Shown here: one piece after another, positions 19,248-29,217 of the stretch
Layout of the letters: each line of letters starts with the position of its first letter
Position numbering within the stretch: the stretch's first letter is position 1
Assembly: GCA_963822585.1 (NCBI GenBank)
Contig: CAWGIE010000017.1
Location: 32,001 to 96,000 of the forward strand
Source of the DNA: an uncultured bacterium
Lineage (GTDB): Bacteria; Auribacterota; Erginobacteria; Erginobacterales; Erginobacteraceae
Reading direction: 5' to 3'
DNA: 64,000 bases
Position numbers and translations under genes: made by a program
Notes under the pieces: generated by a model
What the model was told of the DNA's origin: nothing
The model's database searches: none
What the model saw: only the letters and a program-made list of their open reading frames with translations

Positions 19248-19425
19248 GTGATCTCCTCTCTCTGGTTATGCTATTTATTAAACGCAGCGATGAAAAAAAC
19301 TACGAATTACGCTGATTACACTAATGTATTTTTAAATTTCCCGGCAATGTCGTTTCACTGCTTGACCGCTCTTATTTTTTTTGCCCCGCCCCGGCTGTAC
19401 TAATCGGGGGGGAAAAAATAAGAAG

Positions 19426-20382
19426 TTATTCTTCGGTGGGCACGGGACTATTTTCCTCATAACCGGTGGTTACCTCGTAGGTCTTGCCGTCGGTGAGCAC
19501 CGTGATGTTCCCTTGATAATCGGTCCGGTAGAAATCCGCCCCGGTCTCCCGGAAAAGCTGCATGGGCCCCCAGTGGGGATGATCGAACTTGTTTCTCTTC
19601 CCGGCGGAGATGGTGACGACTTCCGGATCGCACAGGTAATAAAAGAGGGGGCCGTTGGCCGTCTTCGAGCCGTGATGGCCGGCTTTCAGGACCGTGCTTT
19701 TCAGGCGGGCCCCGGAGGAGATGATGGCGGCTTCCTCCTCGTGCTCGCAGTCGCCGGTAAAAAGGAAGGAAACGTCTCCGTATTCCAGCCGGATGACGAC
19801 AGAGTTATTGTTCAGGTCCCCAGTATCCCTCCTCGCTACCGGCCCCGAAGGGGCAAGCACCTGGGCGGTGACGAACTTCCCCCAGTCCAGGACCTGCCCG
19901 GCATCCGCTATCTTGAAGGGAATTTTCTTCTTCTCGATTGCCGCTATGTAATCTTTATAGGTACCGGTCGTATGGACGATGCCGCAGTCGAGCACCATCC
20001 CGATCGGAAATGTACTGTTTAATACCGCCACCAAGCCGCCGGTGTGATCATAATCGGGATGGGTGGCGACCACGACGTCGATTTTTTTCACCCCCTGGCT
20101 TTCCAGATACGGGAGCACGACCTCCACCCCGGCGTCGAAGGGCGAATACCGGGTGGCCGACTGCCCCCCGTCGATAACGATGACTTTCCCGTCCGGGGTC
20201 TGGATCACCTCGGAATCGCCCTGGCGGATATTCAGGAAGGTCACTTTGAGAATATCCTTCCCTTCCAGGGCTCGGACGGGGGACGGAACAAAGAGATACA
20301 AAACGCTGACAAATATCAGCAGAATGAACACACCGGTTTGTTTTAATCTTTTCACGGCATCCCCGTCATTGTTCACAGTCAA
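19426..20382 (-). CDS. Secreted stand-alone ComEC/Rec2-type MBL-fold nuclease
   Basis: Signal peptide ending VRA; FLNIRQGDS, THPDYDHTGG, FTGD, KAGHHGS, FDHPH; start may be GTG 20355. Confidence 0.9.
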   Translation of the reverse strand: MTVNNDGDAVKRLKQTGVFILLIFVSVLYLFVPSPVRALEGKDILKVTFLNIRQGDSEVIQTPDGKVIVIDGGQSATRYSPFDAGVEVVLPYLESQGVKKIDVVVATHPDYDHTGGLVAVLNSTFPIGMVLDCGIVHTTGTYKDYIAAIEKKKIPFKIADAGQVLDWGKFVTAQVLAPSGPVARRDTGDLNNNSVVIRLEYGDVSFLFTGDCEHEEEAAIISSGARLKSTVLKAGHHGSKTANGPLFYYLCDPEVVTISAGKRNKFDHPHWGPMQLFRETGADFYRTDYQGNITVLTDGKTYEVTTGYEENSPVPTEE

Positions 20383-20436
20383 CCCGATTTATTCCCGTCT
20401 GAAGCCGGGCTGCGGTCATCGGGTTGCAGCGGCGAT

Positions 20437-20480
20437 AATTTCCGAAGCGCGCGGACTCGCGCCCGCGCGCTTCGGAAATT
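20437..20480. terminator. Perfect 18-bp hairpin after comEA
   Basis: AATTTCCGAAGCGCGCGG-8 nt-CCGCGCGCTTCGGAAATT; no long U tract, so terminator or mRNA stabiliser. Confidence 0.55.
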
Positions 20481-20492
20481 GCCGGTTGCGGT

Positions 20493-20771
20493 TTACTCAG
20501 CCGCCGGCGGATTGCAGACCAGCCCGGAGTCGATCATCTTCTGAAGGGTCTTCATCCCGATGCCCTTGACGCGAGTCACATCGTTGATGCTCGCGAAGGG
20601 GCCGTTCTCATTCCGATATTCAATGATCTTCTCGGCAGTCTTGGGTCCGATCCCTTTGATGGCCGTCAGTTCAGACGCGGTCGCGGTATTGATATCGACC
20701 TCGGCCAGCAGGGGAGCGGTAATCGCCAGGGCCAGAAGAGCAATCATACTGCATGCAATGATTGATCTCAT
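20493..20771 (-). CDS. comEA: ComEA-family helix-hairpin-helix DNA-binding protein
   Basis: Signal peptide; VDINTATASELTAIKGIGPKTAEKIIEYRNENGPF...VKGIG; RBS AGGAGG before ATG 20771. Confidence 0.93.
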   Translation of the reverse strand: MRSIIACSMIALLALAITAPLLAEVDINTATASELTAIKGIGPKTAEKIIEYRNENGPFASINDVTRVKGIGMKTLQKMIDSGLVCNPPAAE

Positions 20772-20918
20772 GCTGGTTTTCCTCCTGTTTTTTGTGCCCT
20801 GTTCGGGCTTGTTTATCGTGCCGACGCGGCACGAGATTTTTTGCATATGGATCGGCCGCGATCTCCCGGCCGGCATTGATATAATTAATATCTTTTCGTG
20901 GGTCTGTTCCCTTTCCGT

Positions 20919-21200
20919 CTACGGATTCCCGGCGTACAGCCCCTGTTTTTTCAGGGACTCGATCATGCCCGTGTCCACCCCCAGGACGCGCCGCTGCAGG
21001 TCGTCAAGAGAGCGATAGGGGCCGTTTGCCCGACGCTCGGCAATAAACTTGGCGGCGATCTTGGGGCCGATCCCCGGCAGGCTCTGGAGTTCCTGGCTGC
21101 CGGCGGTGTTAAGATTGACCCCGGACTGCGCCAGGCTCCTCCCGTCCGCCAAAAGGGCCGCCGCGATAATCAGCGCCGCAAGAATATAACCTCGTATCAT
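20919..21200 (-). CDS. comEA: Second ComEA-family HhH protein
   Basis: Signal peptide; VNLNTAGSQELQSLPGIGPKIAAKFIAERRANGPY. Confidence 0.88.
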   Translation of the reverse strand: MIRGYILAALIIAAALLADGRSLAQSGVNLNTAGSQELQSLPGIGPKIAAKFIAERRANGPYRSLDDLQRRVLGVDTGMIESLKKQGLYAGNP

Positions 21201-21280
21201 TGTCGTGAATCTTTTCCCACTTTAGACGTTACGGTATGGTTTCTATTCTATTATATTTTCCCGGAGGGAAAATAAATATG

Positions 21281-24200
21281 TTACATCCCTCCGCCCACCT
21301 CCATCGCTTTCTCCACGGTTTCGCCCTCCGCTCCCTCCCCGGGCTGTTCGAGGGAGGTTATCACCTGGTAGTTCTCCCCGTCGGTGATGACGGTGACGGC
21401 CCCCATCTCTTTGGTGTTGTAGGATTTGATCCCTTGCGCCTGACAGAAGTCCCACGCTTCCAAAAACTTCTTGCTCGGGCGCCCGAAGCTCCCGCCCGGG
21501 TACTGAAAGACGGCGACCTTCGGTTTGACCAGCTGCAGAAGGATGGTGGGATCGAAGTATTTCCCTCCCTTTCCGAACTGCGGTGCCTGGTAGATGGTGG
21601 CTCCCAGGCCGCCCTTGACGTTCTGGGCCATGTTGTTGGCGCCTTCATTATCAAGGAGGCTGGGGAAGATGAAGGAGACGTCCCCGTATCGGAGGGAGAC
21701 GACCACCGAGTTCACCTCGTTGACGTACTTCCCGGTCACCCGTTCCGCGGGCGGGTTGAGGATGGTGGCCTCCAGAATCAGGGGCTTATCCTTGCCTTCC
21801 GCGCTCTCAACGGTCCGGATCTTCTCCGGTTCGATGATCACGATCCCCTGGTTTGCCGGGCTGACCGGAATATTCTGGGTCCGGGCCGAGAAGAGCAGGT
21901 AGTGATACTGCATGAACATCTCATCGCCCCGGTAGAGTTTGTCATCGGGATTTTCGCTTTTGAAACCGATGGCGGCGATGAAGAGATCGTACAGTTCCAT
22001 CCGGTAGGCGATCAGCTCATCGATATCCGCGACCACCCCTCCCTGTTCATAAACAAACCACTGGAACTGCTGGGGGAGGTTGGAGACGAAGCCATGATAT
22101 TCGTCCGGCGGCAGCACCGGGAGTTTCCACTTTTTAGCCAGGGCTTCCGCCTCTTCCCGGGTGAACTCTTCATCCGGATGGAGCCACTTCTCGGTGGAGA
22201 TGATGGACTCGATTAATTTCTCATGCCCCTCCGCCTCCTTCTCCTTCAGAGTCTGGATGGCGTCTTCGGTGATCGTCATGGGGTCGTATTTCGGATTCGG
22301 TTCCCGGGGAAGGGTCTGGAGGGCGGCGGTTATCTCATCGTCCGGTATCTTCCGGAAATAGGTCATGAACTGCAAGGCGTCTTCCGGCTGGAAGAGATCC
22401 AGGAGCAGCAGCCGGTAATACCGCTCGGCGTCGCCTTGATAGGCGGGGGCGAGGGCGATGGCGAACCGGTTCAGGTTGATGTCTTTCGGCCCGAATTCGG
22501 AAGGAGACAGGCAGGTGTAAAGGCGTTTGATATAGTAATCGTGCGATCCGACGATATAATTCAGCCCTCCCAGAACCCGGGCGTCGGGACTGGTGTTGAT
22601 GACCGCGTCGAAAGAAACGATCTTTTCCGAGAGCAGCACCTCCTCGGCGGTCCGCTGGCCCTGGTTCAGATACGAATACCTTTTCTTGTAGAACTCCCAG
22701 CCGGCCGAGCCCCCGTCGATGAGAACGTTGTCTCCATTGGGAGCCTCGATCAGGGCGCACATCCCGTCCTTCCATCCCATCGACATGAAGATCACCTTGA
22801 GCTCGGGGATGCTGGAAGAGATGAACCCCGTCGCCGTGAACACGATCCCGATTAAAAGGGCCGCCAGGGCGCCGTATACCCGCATCCGGCAGGGCGCGTC
22901 GGCCATGGATTTTTTTACCCGGACATAGGCGATCTTCAGACTGAGAATAATCTTTTCCCGGTAGATGAAGAAGGCGACGACCAGGTAGAAGACAACCAGC
23001 GGGATCGGCCCCGGTTTGGGAACCTGGGGATAGGGGAAGGTCCGGGCAAAGAAATCATCCATCCAGATAAAGAAGTGCATCCCCACCCAGTTGGCCGCGG
23101 TGATGAGCAACCCCACCGGCATGCCGATCAGAGGGATAAAGCCGATCAGGGTGGCCAGCATTCCCAGGGGGAGAATGATCCCGATCAGCGGGATGGCGAT
23201 AAAATTGGCGAAGGGGGCGGCCAGGGACATGCGATGGAAGATAACCATGGAGAGCGGAACAATACTGCACTGGATGGCGACCTGGGCGGCGATGAAGGTT
23301 CGGAGCCATCTCCCCGGGATCTTGCTGAAGCGGGGCCGGAAGGGGATCACCTGCTGAATCAGGAAGGAGACCGGGATGGCGATCAGAAAGCCCCAGAAAA
23401 GCTTCGCTTTCAGTACCCCCCAGGGGTTTCCCAGGTTCATGAAGATCAGCCCGGCGAAAACGGCTACCGCCGCGAAGGTGACCAGGCTGTAGAGGTTATT
23501 GAGCTTGAAGTTGAAGAAATCCTCGATCGGTCCGCTGAGGAGTCCCAGGAAGAGAACGGCGGAAAAAGACATCAGGAACGAGGCCGAAGGCAGGATCAAT
23601 GGGCCGCCGTAACCCGCGGGAAGGAAACAGATGATGACGATGGCGGCGAAGCAGATCGACATGATCAGGGATTTCTGGATATTCTTGCCGAAATAAGTAA
23701 AGAAGATGAGCACGAAGCTGTTCATGGTGGCGGCCCGCAGGGTTGACGGGCGGGCCCCCGTTATGATCGTGAAGACCAGCAGGAAGAGCACCGCGATCGG
23801 CGCCCAGATGGATTTCGGGATCGGGGTCTGGTTGAAGATGAGGAGGAGCAGTCCGGCGATAATGGTCACGTGCAGCCCGGAAACGGCGAAGACGTGGGCG
23901 GTACCGGACGCCTGGGAATCCCTGACGATCTTGTCGGGGACGCCCTTCTTCAGCCCGATGAAGATACCGGAGAGAAAACCCGATTCCGGAAAGGGAGTGG
24001 TCTGACGGATGACGCCCAGGAGTTCGTATTTGATCCCCATGCACCAGTTGATGAAGAAGTTGCCGCCGGTGGGCTTGATGATCTCGATGGTGTCGAGCTG
24101 CTTGGTGGTCCAGTTTTCCTTTCCCTGTATCCGCATTGTGGTGAAGGTGTTGACGGACTCCAGGTAAGCGCGGTAGTCGAAACCGCCCGGGTTCTCCGCC

Positions 24201-25123
24201 GGGGGAGGTGTCTGGAGAGGGGCGAGGATTCTGACCGTGTCCCCGTATGCCCGCCAGTCGGAGACGGCGGGGTAAATCTCGTCCCGGTTGAGATCTTTAT
24301 CGACGATGGTGACCAGTATCCAGCCGGCGTCGATCCGGCTTATCCATCCTTTCCCGGGGTCGGGCGGTCCCAGTTCATCCACCGACATCTGGATGACCTC
24401 GATATCCTTGCTCGAAGGGGTATAGTCGCCGCTGGAGAATTCCTTCCGGATGATCTCGGCGGGGTCGGCCTTCGGATCTGCGGCCAATCGGTCACGGACC
24501 CGGAGGAGGGCGAGGAGAGCTTCCGCATCGGTGTCCCATTCCCGGTTGAGTCCGTTCATTTCGCTGATGATCTGTTCGATGGTGCTGAGGCCTTTCGGGT
24601 TCTTGTCGATCTTGGCCACGATGTAAGGCTCGACGGTCAGGCGGGTGTCCTCTTTTTCCGGCCGGACTTCCGGCTCCTTGACGATCATCCCGTAGACCAG
24701 GCTCTGGGTATTTTTATCGTCTCCGCCCCAGTGGACCAGGTGGGTCAACGATGTCCGGTCGAGGTGTACGCAGGTGAGGCCGTATCCCAGAACCAGCGCG
24801 CTCAGTATCCAGAAGGGGAGCGCGTTGAGCTTAATGAACCAGAAGACGATCGAGATCAGGAAGAGCGCCGCGAATATCCCCATCAGGTACATGTTCAGCC
24901 CGGTTGCGGTCGGCAAGGCCAGCATAAAAACACAGATGGCGGCACAGAGCAGGAGAAAAGCCAGGACCCGGAAGCGGTAGATGAAGGAGACGATTACGCC
25001 CAGGAGCAGAAAACCGGCGGCGATAACGGGAGGGGTGGAGAGTTCGAATGAATCCGGGTGAATCAACCGCATGAGAATGCCGAGAGCGAGAAAGGCGGAA
25101 AAAGAAACGATATATGTTTGCAT
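21281..25123 (-). CDS. comEC: Giant ComEC/Rec2 DNA-uptake channel (OB + Competence + degenerate MBL domain)
   Basis: ENPGGFDYRAYL, GTAHVFAVSGLH, GARPSTLRA, SFLMSFSAV, ANFIAIP; C-terminal MBL-like domain. Confidence 0.93.
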   Translation of the reverse strand: MQTYIVSFSAFLALGILMRLIHPDSFELSTPPVIAAGFLLLGVIVSFIYRFRVLAFLLLCAAICVFMLALPTATGLNMYLMGIFAALFLISIVFWFIKLNALPFWILSALVLGYGLTCVHLDRTSLTHLVHWGGDDKNTQSLVYGMIVKEPEVRPEKEDTRLTVEPYIVAKIDKNPKGLSTIEQIISEMNGLNREWDTDAEALLALLRVRDRLAADPKADPAEIIRKEFSSGDYTPSSKDIEVIQMSVDELGPPDPGKGWISRIDAGWILVTIVDKDLNRDEIYPAVSDWRAYGDTVRILAPLQTPPPAENPGGFDYRAYLESVNTFTTMRIQGKENWTTKQLDTIEIIKPTGGNFFINWCMGIKYELLGVIRQTTPFPESGFLSGIFIGLKKGVPDKIVRDSQASGTAHVFAVSGLHVTIIAGLLLLIFNQTPIPKSIWAPIAVLFLLVFTIITGARPSTLRAATMNSFVLIFFTYFGKNIQKSLIMSICFAAIVIICFLPAGYGGPLILPSASFLMSFSAVLFLGLLSGPIEDFFNFKLNNLYSLVTFAAVAVFAGLIFMNLGNPWGVLKAKLFWGFLIAIPVSFLIQQVIPFRPRFSKIPGRWLRTFIAAQVAIQCSIVPLSMVIFHRMSLAAPFANFIAIPLIGIILPLGMLATLIGFIPLIGMPVGLLITAANWVGMHFFIWMDDFFARTFPYPQVPKPGPIPLVVFYLVVAFFIYREKIILSLKIAYVRVKKSMADAPCRMRVYGALAALLIGIVFTATGFISSSIPELKVIFMSMGWKDGMCALIEAPNGDNVLIDGGSAGWEFYKKRYSYLNQGQRTAEEVLLSEKIVSFDAVINTSPDARVLGGLNYIVGSHDYYIKRLYTCLSPSEFGPKDINLNRFAIALAPAYQGDAERYYRLLLLDLFQPEDALQFMTYFRKIPDDEITAALQTLPREPNPKYDPMTITEDAIQTLKEKEAEGHEKLIESIISTEKWLHPDEEFTREEAEALAKKWKLPVLPPDEYHGFVSNLPQQFQWFVYEQGGVVADIDELIAYRMELYDLFIAAIGFKSENPDDKLYRGDEMFMQYHYLLFSARTQNIPVSPANQGIVIIEPEKIRTVESAEGKDKPLILEATILNPPAERVTGKYVNEVNSVVVSLRYGDVSFIFPSLLDNEGANNMAQNVKGGLGATIYQAPQFGKGGKYFDPTILLQLVKPKVAVFQYPGGSFGRPSKKFLEAWDFCQAQGIKSYNTKEMGAVTVITDGENYQVITSLEQPGEGAEGETVEKAMEVGGGM

Positions 25124-25148
25124 GGAAAAACCCCGGATCGTTTGCGGT

Positions 25149-25292
25149 TTAGTGTTGGGCCAAGCTGGAGTAAAAGTCCCTGTTGGAAACCAGGTTGTAA
25201 TCCCGGCGGTAGTTCTTATTCAAGATCAAAACCACCGCTCCGATCAGGGCGGCGACTACCAGCAGGTAGAAAAGGGTTTTGGCGCTTCCCAT
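25149..25292 (-). CDS. 47-aa single-TM protein directly upstream of comEC
   Basis: RBS TAAGGAG; MGSAKTLFYLLVVAALIGAVVLILNKNYRRDYNLVSNRDFYSSLAQH*; shorter than any ORF in the track. Confidence 0.7.
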   Translation of the reverse strand: MGSAKTLFYLLVVAALIGAVVLILNKNYRRDYNLVSNRDFYSSLAQH

Positions 25293-25382
25293 AGCGGACT
25301 CCTTAGTGTTATTTCCCGCGATGTTTTACAGTCACATAATTTATTGTGTTGATGGCAATAATTTAAAGGAAATATTTATTTT

Positions 25383-25575
25383 AATGTCGAAATCCGAATG
25401 TCGAAATCCGAAAGAATGTCGAATGAACTAATGACCAAACACATTGAGGCTCGGCCGTTTACACGGGGTCTCAATATCTGGCTTTGCGCTTGCGCGCCAA
25501 TGCCGTTCAGCAGTGTTGCTTCCTCATTTGGATTTTGTCATTGATTCGTCATTCGTCATTAGTCATTCGGGTTTT
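25383..25575. repeat. Inverted heptamer-repeat element (GAATGTC/GAAATCC type)
   Basis: AATGTCGAAATCCGAATGTCGAAATCCGAAAGAATGTCGAATG ... GTCATTGATTCGTCATTCGTCATTAGTCATTCGGG. Confidence 0.85.
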
Positions 25576-25632
25576 GGCATCATATAAAATTAGGCAACCT
25601 TCTCAAATATGGGAAAGGTGGATTATATTAGA

Positions 25633-26961
25633 TTAAGAAAAATTTTTAATACCGTCTTTATCGACTACTTTATAAATTATCGGGGGGGGCTGGCAAGGAG
25701 AATCTTTTATCTCCACCGCCCGGAGAGCCCGGTCTGCGATCGCTTCCAGACCGGTCTCTTTGTTGGTGAAGAGAGTCAGCAGGGTATCGCCCGCCTCAAC
25801 CCGGTCCCCGATTTTACGCTCGAAGATAATCCCCGCGCTCATGTCAATCTCATCGTCAGTCTTCGCCCGGCCGGCGCCCAGGGCTACGCAGATCATTCCC
25901 ATCTCCAGGGTATCGATGGCGTGGACGAAGCCGGCAGCCCCGGCCTGAACCGGGATTTTTCTGCCGGCCGGCGGAAACAGCCCGGGGTCGTCTATATAGG
26001 CGGTATCCCCTCCCTGGGCGGCGACCATCTCCTTGAATTTGAGGAGGCCCTTGCCTTCCCGAAGCGCTTTGCCCGCCAGCTCTTTCCCTTGCTCGATGGT
26101 CGCGGCTTTTCCCCCCATCTGGAGCATCATGCCGGCAATCTCCATCACCACCGTCATCAGGTCATCGGGCCCGTCGCCTTTCAGGCAGGCGATGGTTTCT
26201 ACTATCTCCAGAGCGTTCCCGGCGTAGCCGCCGAGCGGCTGGTTCATGTCGGTGATCAGTGCCTGCGCTTTCCGTCCGGAAAGGACCGCGATATCGACCA
26301 GTGTCCGGGCCATCTCTTCGGCCATCGAAAGCGTCTGCATGAACGCGCCCCGGCCGGTTTTGACATCAAAGACAAACGCGTCCGGGCCGGCGGCCAGCTT
26401 TTTGCTCATGATCGATCCGGCGATCAGGGGTATGCTGTCCACGGTGGCGGTGACGTCCCGCAGCGCGTACATCTTCTTGTCGGCCGGGGCCAGGGAGCGG
26501 GTCTGTCCGATGATAGCCACGCCGACCTCTTTGACCTGGCGGATGAACTCTTCTTCGGAGAGATTGACCCGGAACCCGGGGATCGCCTCCAGTTTGTCCA
26601 GCGTCCCTCCGGTATGTCCCAGGCCGCGGCCGCTCATCATGGGGACGGGGACCCCCAGGGCCGCGACCAGGGGAGCCAGAACCAGGCTCACCTTGTCGCC
26701 GACGCCGCCGGTGCTGTGCTTGTCCACGGTGATGCGGCCGATCGAGGAGAGGTCGATCTTGCCGCCGGAATCCAGCATCGCCCGGGTCAGGGCAGTGGAT
26801 TCTTCCGGCGACATCCCCCGGATAAAAACCGCCATCATCCAGGCGGCCATCTGATAGTCGGGGATAGTGCCTTTTGTATAGCCGTTAATGAAGTAGATGA
26901 TTTCTTCCGGGGAGAGTTCTCCGCCGTCCCTCTTCTTCATGATGATTTCATAAGGGGTCAT
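25633..26961 (-). CDS. pdp: Pyrimidine-nucleoside/thymidine phosphorylase
   Basis: KKRDGGEL, DKHSTGGVGDK, SGRGLGHTGGTLDKLE, YALRDVTATV, SIMSKK; RBS AAGGAG before ATG 26961. Confidence 0.97.
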   Translation of the reverse strand: MTPYEIIMKKRDGGELSPEEIIYFINGYTKGTIPDYQMAAWMMAVFIRGMSPEESTALTRAMLDSGGKIDLSSIGRITVDKHSTGGVGDKVSLVLAPLVAALGVPVPMMSGRGLGHTGGTLDKLEAIPGFRVNLSEEEFIRQVKEVGVAIIGQTRSLAPADKKMYALRDVTATVDSIPLIAGSIMSKKLAAGPDAFVFDVKTGRGAFMQTLSMAEEMARTLVDIAVLSGRKAQALITDMNQPLGGYAGNALEIVETIACLKGDGPDDLMTVVMEIAGMMLQMGGKAATIEQGKELAGKALREGKGLLKFKEMVAAQGGDTAYIDDPGLFPPAGRKIPVQAGAAGFVHAIDTLEMGMICVALGAGRAKTDDEIDMSAGIIFERKIGDRVEAGDTLLTLFTNKETGLEAIADRALRAVEIKDSPCQPPPIIYKVVDKDGIKNFS

Positions 26962-27153
26962 AATATTTTTTCTCCTTATCAATGAGCGGCTTCGCCGCTA
27001 ATTTAGTGAGTTATTTTATCTTACGATAAAATTAGATTGTTTTAATTATTTTTTCTTCTCTTCACGTACGCAGGGATAAGAACAAGAATTCTAAAAACAA
27101 TCTCTTGTCCCCGTCAAGCGATAATTAATTTTTTCGGTAGCGGCCCGGAAAAA

Positions 27154-28968
27154 TTAAGGGATGAACTCGTAGATCTCGTAGCATTCATGATGGCTTTCCA
27201 CGCCGGGGTTGACCTCGTATTTCTCGTGACCGGTCAAACGATAACGTTCCCGCATGGAAGCCAGCCAGGCCTGCCAGCGGTCTTCATCGCGCCGGGCGTA
27301 GGGTTCATAACACTCCGGAACGCTGAAGACGACGCACCGGAGCGGGTGGTTGGCGCCGACCGCCTCCGGATCGAAGGAGGCACTCCCTTCCCGGTGAGAG
27401 GGAGAGTAGATACGCTGGTTACAGAGATAGCGGGCGGAGTGGCCCCATTCAAAGAGGCGGGGAAAGAAGTCCAGTCCGAGGTCGGTTTTCAGGCAGACCA
27501 ATTCCGCGTTTCGGGCCTTCTCTGTCCAGAACCGGCGGGCGAACTCCCGGCTCCGCAGGTCCTCGATCTTCTTATAGGGATGGACCAGGTCCGCCACGAT
27601 GGTGCCCAGTTCCAGCAGGGCCGACAGGATAATGAAGAACGTGAAGATTATAGCCCGGATTTTTGTTTTCGGCGCCAGGGAGATGACCTTGCATCCTCCC
27701 AGTCCCGCCAGAAGACAGATGACCGGGGCCAGGTAGAGATTGAAGCGGGTGTTGTACCCGTACGGATATCTATGGAACGCGGCGGCGATGAACGTGAGCA
27801 GGAAAGGCGCCAGAAAAGCAATCAGGACAATTCTTCTTTTTCGGGAGTAGAGAACACCCGTTCCGACCAGGAAGAAAATAAAGGTAAGTGTGGAGCCGCC
27901 GTGAAAGCCGCCGTTGGGATAGGCGAACAACATCCCGGTATGGATGGAGAGCAGCCCCCCGGCCAGGCGGAGTGGTTCCCCCAGGGGGGGGAGGTTTTCA
28001 CCCAGGCGGAGTCCGTGTTGAAACTCTCGGTTTCAGGTTGCGGGCCGCTCAGCCAGGCTTCGGTGTGGTATTGCGGCCCGGTCGAGACCCGGTAGGTGAC
28101 CAGGAACGCGCCCAGCAGAAGAAGGTTGTAGAGGAGAAACGGGGCCAGAAATCTTCGTTGCCTCGGCGGCGCCGGAAGTCTCTCCGGGGAATCATCCCGC
28201 TCGCGCGGCGGGGCGCTTCCCGGCACCTGTCGAGAACCGTTGCCCGCAAAGAATCTCCCGGCGGCCGCCAGGGCGACGCTGATACCGCCGGCGACGAAGA
28301 CAGCCGGGAATGAGAGCCCGACCGCGAACGGAACAGCCAGGGCCAGAAACTATAGCCACCGGCGCTCCCCGGGCTTTTGCCGCCATTCAACGAAGAGCGC
28401 CAACAGCAGCAGGGAGACCGCCAGATCCACCGAGTAGGGCTTTATTTCGGTACCGTGCCGGATCGGGTAATACGCCACCGCGAAGAAAGCCGTTGCCAGA
28501 AGGAGAGGTGTCCCCCCGCACGATCCCGCGGCTCAGGCGATAGAAAAGAAGGACACTGCCCAGGTCGCAGAGGAAGGGAAAGAGCCGTAATGTATACTCG
28601 GAAAAACCCAGGAGTTTGACCGTAAACATCTCCGCCCAGAGGAAAAGCAAGGGTGCGACCTGATGGTAGCGGAGCGCCCCCAGCAGATCGCCGTATCCTC
28701 CGCTCAGGAAGTTAACGGCCAGGAAAGATTCATCGGGACAGATCGGGTAACAGACCAGATACCGGACCAGGCGCGCGATGAGGCCGAAGGCAACGAAAGC
28801 CAGCGGCAGCGGCAGCAGGCGCCCGGTCCAGGGGTCGTCACCCTTTAAAATCGGGACCTCCAGTGGAGCGGTCTCTCCCTTTCTTTCGTCCGGGGTGTTA
28901 TTTTTTTTCTTGACGGCCGGCCGCCCGTCGAAATTTATTTTACTGGGCGAATTCAGCATCGGAATCAT
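27154..28968 (-). pseudogene. GT-C (ArnT/PMT-like) membrane glycosyltransferase pseudogene
   Basis: DESFLAVN...QVAPLLF...SEYTLRL / EIKPYSVD / HRYPYG..RFNLYLAP are spread over three segments: frameshifts near 28515 and 27985 plus an in-frame TAG near 28350. Confidence 0.8.
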
Positions 28969-29015
28969 CGGGATTTACTAAGGAGAACATTGAATAGATT
29001 GCATCATTTGAAATA

Positions 29016-29094
29016 GTCATTGCGAGCGGAGCGAAGCAATCTCGTGTTCTCCAAATGGTTGAGATTGCTTCGTCACTTCGTTCCCCGCAATGAC
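29016..29094. repeat. REP/RPE-like palindromic element
   Basis: GTCATTGCGAGCGGAGCGAAGCAATCTC ... GAGATTGCTTCGTCACTTCGTTCCCCGCAATGAC. Confidence 0.85.
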
Positions 29095-29217
29095 ATGTAA
29101 CCTATTTTATGCCCTCCGCAAGTACAAGTAACTGTCGAGACTTGAATAAATTCATTTAAATAGTATGATGCTTCCCGGAGTATTCAATTAAAATTGTTAT
29201 GAAATAAAAATTTTAAG

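Noticed and set aside
21915..22500. Intein in ComEC
   Set aside because: No Cys/Ser start with His-Asn end and no LAGLIDADG motif
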